Under the pieces are notes generated by a model, which saw nothing but the letters and a program-made list of their open reading frames with translations, was not told where the DNA came from and did no database searches. Shown piece by piece: positions 8,240 through 14,368 of a stretch of 64,000 nt of DNA. The stretch lies in IMG/VR virus record IMGVR_UViG_3300021399_000118, positions 1-64,000 of that record; one strand, 5' to 3'. Origin of the DNA: a virus. Its lineage: Duplodnaviria > Caudoviricetes. The position numbers and the translations under genes are program-made. Numbering within the stretch: the stretch's first letter is position 1; the number at the start of each line of letters is the position of its first letter.

Positions 8240-8632
8240 CTTCAGAAAAACATAATGTATAAAGCCTTTAGTAACGTGTATTATTCACTCAAGTAACGTC
8301 TATAGACTACTATATTGCAATAATTGCATAAGAACCATTGATTCTTATTCAGGAGATTAACTGTATAAGGATTCTTATTTATATGCTGTTTATGGTAATT
8401 GGATAAGAATCTTATATATCCAGTCCAAAGGAGATTAATCTAATATGTGTGTTTGTTATTTTAGAAGATCTATTCTCCACTAAAGGATCTTATACAATTC
8501 ATTCCCTCATCTCTTTTATAGTATCCATATTCTTGGATAATCTTAAATAATCTTCTGAGAATAAATGAATTACAGTATATTGTTTCTTATTCTTATATAA
8601 TTAATATTATAGAAGGAATTAATTCAAGGATC
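8240..8632. other. AT-rich non-coding segment with degenerate repeats; candidate replication origin
   Basis: Strongly AT-rich, no ORF of 60 aa or more spans it, many GATTCTTAT/GAATCTTAT/GGATCTTA-like words. Confidence 0.35.
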
Positions 8633-8869
8633 TTAGTTCAACGACGTGTCGTCGTTGCACACATCCCCCGGAAGGGTAGGGGTAGAGGGTGGATTATATA
8701 TAGATTTCTTAGATACTTCCCTAAGAATGCGTCTTTCTCTGATCAGTTCCACCCCAGTTTTGATCAGATACAGGATTAACAGCAGAATCAGTCCAACATA
8801 CAGTTTCCCGACCAAATCCAGGAGCCTGTTCCGTACGACAGCTTCCGCAACAGTCATTTCGTAGCTCAC
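8633..8869 (-). CDS. small membrane protein
   Basis: Hydrophobic stretch LYVGLILLLILYLI; GAGGAGG RBS. Confidence 0.65.
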   Translation of the reverse strand: MSYEMTVAEAVVRNRLLDLVGKLYVGLILLLILYLIKTGVELIRERRILREVSKKSIYNPPSTPTLPGDVCNDDTSLN

Positions 8870-8871
8870 GT

Positions 8872-9345
8872 TTACCTCCTCACAATGTACACATCCATAT
8901 CGGAGAAAGCAGAATCTATTGCAGTGCTTACCGCGTTCCAGTCTCCGTTCGCCAGTCCGCAGCCAATCCCATACGGGAAAGCAACTGTTTCATTCGGACG
9001 GATTCTTTTTCGCAGGGTTCGCAGTGCAGCATAGAGTGCAGAGTACCGGGTATAGAGCTTATCTTCCCGGCCGAAGTCATACTGTCCGAAGAGGTTCACT
9101 ACGTATTGCGTCTTTCTCATGTCGATCATGTCCCCTACGGGGACAATCTGACATTTACCCAGACGCCTTTCCAGAGGGATGTTCTTGCAGTATTCGCGAT
9201 ACTGCGCTTTTACAGTCGGCCACTTCAAAGCAATCTGCTTTGCCAGGCCAGCACCCATCACGCCCATGCAGTTTACCTGCTGGCAGATATAGGTCGCAGG
9301 AAAGTTCAGCAGGTCACCAGTCTTATAGATCAGCAAAGCAGTCAC
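8872..9345 (-). CDS. macrodomain protein (TARG1/DarG-like ADP-ribose hydrolase)
   Basis: GDLL..ICQQVNCMGVMGAGLAKQI..KWP; VVNLFGQ; AFPYGIGCGLANGDW. Confidence 0.9.
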   Translation of the reverse strand: MTALLIYKTGDLLNFPATYICQQVNCMGVMGAGLAKQIALKWPTVKAQYREYCKNIPLERRLGKCQIVPVGDMIDMRKTQYVVNLFGQYDFGREDKLYTRYSALYAALRTLRKRIRPNETVAFPYGIGCGLANGDWNAVSTAIDSAFSDMDVYIVRR

Positions 9346-9671
9346 TCCTTTTCAAAATAGTATCTCCGGAGATGCAGGCGGTATGCGACCGGGGGTTAAG
9401 CTGCGGTTTCCCATACGCAGCACCGGCGAAAGAGAGTCCTGCTTTCATGCAGAACCTGCAGGAGAGAGATTCCCGTCACTGTACCGTACAAAGTGACCCT
9501 TGAGGTAAAGGAGGTGTCCACGGCAAAGATACACGGAAGGAGATGTGTATATCTGTGCGTGTTGTTTAACGACGGGAAATGTCGCCAACCCGTCGGACCT
9601 GTGCTTGCCGGTCATGCCAGTCCGATACGCCCGGACAGCGTTGTACGACGCAGGTACGCTCTTATATTCAG

Positions 9672-9720
9672 TCCCAGTCGCAGGGTTTGCACCTGCCAAA
9701 CGTTCTACATAAGACCGGGA
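9672..9720 (-). ncRNA. mini tRNA-like element (acceptor stem plus UGCAAAC T-arm)
   Basis: TCCCGGTC...GCAGG-TGCAAAC-CCTGC-GACTGGGA. Confidence 0.45.
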
Positions 9721-9935
9721 TAAAGTGGCAAAGCGAGACTTCCTGTTGCACGCGAAAAAGAAATGAACCATCGTAATTTACCTTTGGATGCTGGTTGGTA
9801 GATCTCTCAGGAAGGAGTCTTTGCCGGAGCGTGATGTCATCCCGAACCGTGAGAATATTTTAAGCTCCACTCTTGTATTAAATTGAACCCCGACCGGAGA
9901 CGAGCCGGTCATTAAGACTTACGTGTCAGAGCTTG

Positions 9936-10052
9936 ATCTGCGGGTAAGGATTTGCACCTTACATGATGAGCCTTTCAGTTATTTAAATAACCTCGGAGAA
10001 AAGTGGCTCAATCTTGCCGTTCTATAGCGTTTACCTTTTCCGCCACCGCAGG
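9936..10052 (-). ncRNA. tRNA-like RNA, copy 2
   Basis: CTGCGG-TGGCGGAAAAGGTAAACGC...GTAAGG-TGCAAAT-CCTTAC-CCGCAG; the middle is a long TGAGCC/GGCTCA stem. Confidence 0.65.
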
Positions 10053-10114
10053 TAAGGAGCCGGGCACAAGAAAACCCTGGCCAGGCTCAAGAAAGGAGTT
10101 TGGCTGAGAGCCAG

Positions 10115-10186
10115 AGCCGACGACAGGAATCGAACCTGCAACCTGCTGATTACAAATCAGCCGCACTACCGTTGTGCTACATCGGC
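10115..10186 (-). tRNA. tRNA-Thr(TGT)
   Basis: GCCGATG TAGCACAACGGTAGTGC G GCTGA TT[TGT]AA TCAGC AGGTT GCAGG TTCGATT CCTGT CGTCGGC T. Confidence 0.9.
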
Positions 10187-10350
10187 ACACGCCCCTCACG
10201 GGGCGCGCATCGACAAAAAAGAGGTTTAATGCTTGTTCCTGCTAATCAGTCCCCGGCCTCCGCGTTCTCCGCTTCGGGAGCCACCCTAGTGCGGGTACTA
10301 AGCTTCAGTCATTGACTGCAACCTCGGAACTGTGTGGCGAGCACGGTTAA

Positions 10351-10423
10351 CCAGCCCCGGATGGAGTCGGACCATCACATACGGAGTCAAAGTCCGTTGC
10401 GCTGCCGTTACGCTACGAGGCTA
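10351..10423 (-). tRNA. tRNA-Gln(TTG), atypical T-loop TCCGACT
   Basis: TAGCCTC GTAGCGTAACGGCAGCGC A ACGGA CT[TTG]AC TCCGT ATGT GATGG TCCGACT CCATC CGGGGCTG. Confidence 0.8.
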
Positions 10424-10698
10424 CAATGCCCCGGTCTCGGGGCTATATGAGGGTGGGCAGTCACTCCTACCCTCTCCCTTTACGTCGTTTTCGGAGTGTC
10501 TACTCTTTTATTTGATCAAAGGTATTCGACTGTCTACTTCAGTCATAGAGCCAGCTACAGACAAGCCGTCACGCGAGAGTGTTGCAATACGTTCGAAGTG
10601 CTGGGTAAAAAAAGAAGCAAACAGCCCTCCAAGATACTCAGATGAGAGTTTGTCCATCCGGGAACACAGTCGGGCTGTTTTGTCCGAAAACGTACGAG

Positions 10699-10974
10699 TT
10701 ACTTGGCGTTATTGCGAGCAGCGTTCATACGAGCAATCCGCTCTACTGCTGCAGGGTTCGGAGAAGAGAGGGCAAGCTTCATCGTGTTGCAGGGCATCTT
10801 CGCGTAGATTGTGCCGTCATTGGTTTCCGGCTGGCGAAGAATAGTGACCCTGTCAGGAAACTTGGCTGCCAGCCTTCTTACACGGTTAATCCATTTCTGC
10901 TCGTTGGACGAGAAAAACGCCTCATCCTTCGAGCAGTAATTGAAACAGGTTTCGATATCTTTCTTTTTTGCCAT
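10699..10974 (-). CDS. hypothetical phage protein (MAKKKDIETCFNY...)
   Basis: AGGAGG RBS before ATG 10974. Confidence 0.75.
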   Translation of the reverse strand: MAKKKDIETCFNYCSKDEAFFSSNEQKWINRVRRLAAKFPDRVTILRQPETNDGTIYAKMPCNTMKLALSSPNPAAVERIARMNAARNNAK

Positions 10975-11022
10975 ATAAGGCCTCCTGTTACTCGTGCCAA
11001 TCCGAAACGATCGGCAGACCGG

Positions 11023-11059
11023 AAAAAAGAGAGAAGACCACACACGGGCCTTCTCTCTG
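11023..11059 (-). terminator. intrinsic terminator after ssb 2
   Basis: AGAGAGAAG...CTTCTCTCT stem plus T tract on the minus strand. Confidence 0.6.
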
Positions 11060-11073
11060 GGGTTGGTCAGTAT

Positions 11074-11439
11074 TTACTCGGCAGTCTCGTCCGGGATGAA
11101 GGGCACATCGCCCTCCTGGTCAGGCCGCTTCCCGAACAGCTCCAGCTGCGGGTTGCTCATAACGAGCTGGGCCCGGGGCTTCCCTTCCTTGTCCAGCCAG
11201 GGCTGGCAGGTGATGGAACCACGCACGGTGACCGCACGACCCTTGGTCAGGTACGGCCGGAGTTTCGCGCCACGATCCCGCCACACAGTGCAGCGAACGA
11301 AGTCGCTCTTCTGGGTGTCGCCGAATCCCTCATTCACCGCCACGGTGAAGTCGGTAACCAGGGTGTCGATGCCGCCAACCTTGACGGTGCGGGTGGTCGC
11401 GTCAGAAGTAATGTGTCCGATTCCGATGAAAGTATTCAT
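11074..11439 (-). CDS. ssb: single-stranded DNA-binding protein 2
   Basis: MNTFIGIGHITSD...FTVAVN...DFVRCTVW...YLTKGRAVTVRG; DVPF-type tail; AGGAGG RBS. Confidence 0.88.
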   Translation of the reverse strand: MNTFIGIGHITSDATTRTVKVGGIDTLVTDFTVAVNEGFGDTQKSDFVRCTVWRDRGAKLRPYLTKGRAVTVRGSITCQPWLDKEGKPRAQLVMSNPQLELFGKRPDQEGDVPFIPDETAE

Positions 11440-11542
11440 GTTTAATCCTCCTAATTTCTTTTATTTATAATTTCTGTGAGGTTTTTGAAGACCGTTGCCA
11501 ATCTTCCCAGTACCCGCGCCGCGCAAGCGGCGCTTCTTCCGG

Positions 11543-11821
11543 TTAAGTACGGGGTATGTTTTTTCGTATTTGTTGGGTTGCCGACCCGTTCTCTTTCAAT
11601 CGGGTCTCGAATTCCTGCCCCAAAGGGGCCGTGTATTCCGTCTTTAACGGAGGTGCGACGTAAGCCGCGTAATCTCCAGACTGGATCCGGGCATTCTGCA
11701 GTCGCAGCGCATATTCTTCGTGCACTTGCGCCTGATGGTGGTACCGGTCGGAGATCTTCATCCCGGAGACGAAGGCCAGGACGATCAGAGTAATAATGAT
11801 GACGTTGTCGAGGATGTTGAT
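11543..11821 (-). CDS. membrane-anchored hypothetical protein, probable ATC start
   Basis: Frame stays open upstream of M11761 through INILDNVIIITLIVLAFVSG; AAGGGGGTG RBS 5 nt before ATC 11821. Confidence 0.55.
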   Translation of the reverse strand: MNILDNVIIITLIVLAFVSGMKISDRYHHQAQVHEEYALRLQNARIQSGDYAAYVAPPLKTEYTAPLGQEFETRLKENGSATQQIRKNIPRT

Positions 11822-11833
11822 TCAGACACCCCC

Positions 11834-11941
11834 TTACGCATACTGGAGCCACTCGTTGGTGACCCAGTCTTCGGGATAGTCGAGTGGTTCGTGCAGCTCT
11901 TCCATTTCGTCGAGCAGTTCTTCCAGTTCTTCTTCCGTCAT
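11834..11941 (-). CDS. tiny acidic protein (35 aa, MTEEELEELLDEMEEL...)
   Basis: AAAGGAGA RBS; sits immediately after the RNase H stop. Confidence 0.55.
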   Translation of the reverse strand: MTEEELEELLDEMEELHEPLDYPEDWVTNEWLQYA

Positions 11942-11942
11942 T

Positions 11943-12383
11943 TCAGATCTCTCCTTTCACGATCATGTGAGCGCACTTCTTGATCTGCTCCTTTGCGATG
12001 CGGTCGCAGCGCTCGTTGTACACTTCACCGCTGTGCCCTTTGACTTTCTGGAATACGATCTTGTGCTGGCCCTTCTTCTGGGTGTCCAGAAGAATCTGCC
12101 AGAGGTCGCGGTTGGGTCGGTTTTCCATGAGCAGCCATTCTTCATCGTGGCGGAAGCACTTGATGAGATACATGCTGTCCGTCGATGCGATCACGTTGCA
12201 GGGCTTCCGCAGTGCTTTCAGTCCTTCAACGATAGCCATCAGTTCCATCCGGTTATTCGTTGCAGCTTTCGCAAAGCCGCGAACAACTTTTTCGTTTTCT
12301 CCGTAGACCAGGATCGCGCCATAGCCGCCGATGCCGGGATTGCCTGCGCAGGCCCCGTCGGTGTGAATTGTTACATCAAACAT
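11943..12383 (-). CDS. rnhA: ribonuclease HI
   Basis: HTDGAC.GNPG.GGYG, TNNRMEL, TDS.Y, N.DLW, KVKGHSG..NERCD catalytic motifs; GGAGGGAG RBS before ATG 12383. Confidence 0.95.
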   Translation of the reverse strand: MFDVTIHTDGACAGNPGIGGYGAILVYGENEKVVRGFAKAATNNRMELMAIVEGLKALRKPCNVIASTDSMYLIKCFRHDEEWLLMENRPNRDLWQILLDTQKKGQHKIVFQKVKGHSGEVYNERCDRIAKEQIKKCAHMIVKGEI

Positions 12384-12832
12384 TTTTCTCCCTCCAAAAA
12401 ATCTCCCCGCCCGATAAAAAACGGGCCGTATATTTAAATTTTGGTAAACCATGTATATTCACGGCAAACGCCGGAATAACCGAAAAAAAGCTGCAGGGCC
12501 TGATCTTCCCCGCAGCCGGAACCACATTTGTCACTTCCGCTGGCAATCGTCCGAAACATTTGTAGTCCCTTCAGACACCCGGAGAGGTTTTGCCATCCTG
12601 CTCCGGAGGCTCGTAATCAAATGAATGACGAAAGAATTAGACCCCTGTATGAGGGGAGCCTACCTGCCACGTCAAGGCTCTTTCATCCGTAGGTAGGTAC
12701 TCCCGGGTTTCCCAGGCCCGGGAGCGAAAGGAGGTGCCTATGAAGAAAGGTGCTCGAGTCTGGAGGCCCGAAAGTCTCCGAAGTTGAACATCTTCCATCC
12801 CGGCCGGAGCGAGTCGGCAGCCGGGACAGGCA

Positions 12833-13081
12833 TTAAGCAATCAGCGTCGAGGGCGTGAAGAACGCGCCAATCTCCTTCTTCGCTTTCGCGATGAAAGAGA
12901 GGTGTTCGTTCAGCTCCGTATCCAGAGCCTGCACCTCGGTTTTTGCAGCCAGAAGCTGCGGTACGGTCATTCCGGGAGCCTGAGCTTTAATGGCTTCGGC
13001 TCTGCGGAGGATAGCAGAAACGCGCTCTTTGCGGGCGAATACGATCTCTCTCAGAGTGTTGATCTCGGCGATAGTCTTCAT
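12833..13081 (-). CDS. hypothetical helical protein (MKTIAEINTL...)
   Basis: AAGGAGGG RBS before ATG 13081. Confidence 0.7.
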   Translation of the reverse strand: MKTIAEINTLREIVFARKERVSAILRRAEAIKAQAPGMTVPQLLAAKTEVQALDTELNEHLSFIAKAKKEIGAFFTPSTLIA

Positions 13082-13161
13082 GTGGGGAACCCTCCTTAAT
13101 GATTGGTTATTTTTCACAGTACCTGCGTCGCGCAAGCGACGCTTCTCCGGTGTTTGACGGA

Positions 13162-13377
13162 TTAGGGTTTTATTCGAATGATTGTGCGGAGCGTTAATGT
13201 CTGTACAGTCATCCTGTCTGAGAAGTTCATCTTCTGGATTTCGGCCTTTGCTTCATCCAGAGTTTCAAACTTGTTTGGACTGAGCCAAGGATCAAAGCCG
13301 ACCACCTGGAACTTGTTCTGATATGTCGTTCTGACGGTTCTCTTCAGACCTTTGGTGTTGAGATGAGCGAGCGTCAT
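13162..13377 (-). CDS. hypothetical protein
   Basis: ORF coupled to the upstream gene; AGGAGG RBS. Confidence 0.7.
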   Translation of the reverse strand: MTLAHLNTKGLKRTVRTTYQNKFQVVGFDPWLSPNKFETLDEAKAEIQKMNFSDRMTVQTLTLRTIIRIKP

Positions 13378-13610
13378 ACGGTTTCCTCCTTCAGCTGCTG
13401 TACAGCCTTATTCAGGTCAACCTCGGGCAAGGGGCGAATGAGAAAGTAGTTCTCCCGCCCAGAACGGAAGAAGGCTCCTGCGCTTCCCTTCCGGACAGGC
13501 TCGAGATTCGGGAACTGAGCGGCGATCGCGGTAACAGCTTCTTCGACAGAACAGTCAACGTAGGTCTGCTGGGAAGTGCCAAACTTGTTGGACCAGTAAA
13601 TGCACAGCAT
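13374..13610 (-). CDS. hypothetical protein
   Basis: AAGGAGG RBS; coupled to the next ORF. Confidence 0.7.
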   Translation of the reverse strand: MLCIYWSNKFGTSQQTYVDCSVEEAVTAIAAQFPNLEPVRKGSAGAFFRSGRENYFLIRPLPEVDLNKAVQQLKEETV

Positions 13611-13633
13611 AGGGGAACCTCCTTAAAATTAAT

Positions 13634-13674
13634 TCCCGGCTGTCGGAGTTGCACCGACCGCACTCTTGCCGGGA
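13634..13674 (-). ncRNA. mini tRNA-like leader element (acceptor stem plus UGCAACU T-arm)
   Basis: TCCCGGC-AAGAGTGCG-GTCGG-TGCAACT-CCGAC-A-GCCGGGA, just before the RBS of 13610. Confidence 0.45.
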
Positions 13675-13934
13675 TAAATGCAGGAACGACGCTGCTTGGT
13701 GTTCGGGTTGTTGGATCGGAGAGATCCTTTCCCGGAACCTGGCGTCCGCAAGGACGCCTTCTCGGGAGACAGACTTCTTTGTTTTGAAAGGACGGAGTTT
13801 GGCGAAGGCCAAAAAAATCCCCCGCCCGAAAAAGAGTCGGCCTCCGGCCTTTCGAAATGTTCGGCCAGGCAAAGCCCGACCGTGAGGGCAAGCCCTCATT
13901 ACGAGAGCTGACTTCAGCTCCCGTCTATGAAGGT

Positions 13935-13963
13935 TTGCGTTGCCTGTCGTTCTGTGGTAGAAT
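13935..13963 (+). promoter_or_regulatory. host sigma-A type promoter
   Basis: TTGCGT-17 nt-TAGAAT with TGn extended -10, upstream of 13995. Confidence 0.6.
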
Positions 13964-13994
13964 GTAAACAACAAGAGATAAGCGAGGTGATAAG

Positions 13995-14327
13995 ATGTTT
14001 ACATTGTGGATCTGGCCCGAAGACCGGAAACCGGAAGCCGAGAAAGCGGTTCGGGACGCGCTGGACGAAAAGGGTTTTAAGTTTGAAGAGAAAACAGGAT
14101 ATGTTTGTGACAAACCAGTCGCGCTGGATACCGGCTTCGAAGAACTCGACGAGGTCGGGGTCAAGGAGAAGCTCGATCGTTATTCTGTGTCTGAAACCGG
14201 TGAGATTCTTCTTTGCGGAATGACGGCTGAGGAGTTTGACAAGCGGTTTGAAACTTCGAAGGAACCGTCCGAAGAAGCCGAAGAAGACGCAGTCATCGCA
14301 GAGATGAACAGCAAGGAAGACAAGTAA
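13995..14327 (+). CDS. very acidic hypothetical protein, lone plus-strand gene in the early region
   Basis: GAGGTG RBS, own promoter, shares a terminator with the RNAP gene. Confidence 0.75.
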   Translation: MFTLWIWPEDRKPEAEKAVRDALDEKGFKFEEKTGYVCDKPVALDTGFEELDEVGVKEKLDRYSVSETGEILLCGMTAEEFDKRFETSKEPSEEAEEDAVIAEMNSKEDK

Positions 14328-14332
14328 GAGAA

Positions 14333-14362
14333 AGAGGGAGCCGAGCGACCGGCTCCCTCTTG
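14333..14362. terminator. bidirectional hairpin between convergent genes
   Basis: AGAGGGAGCCG-AGCGAC-CGGCTCCCTCT. Confidence 0.65.
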
Positions 14363-14368
14363 TCGTTC

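Noticed and set aside
9860-10350. Twister, hammerhead or tRNA-associated HDV-like (theta) ribozymes
   Set aside because: Could not place the required conserved cores or pseudoknots next to the tRNA 3' ends by eye
11130-11150. QLELF in SSB2 as a beta-clamp binding motif
   Set aside because: Aligns with the last OB-fold strand (VEFLG in SSB1), so it is probably structural
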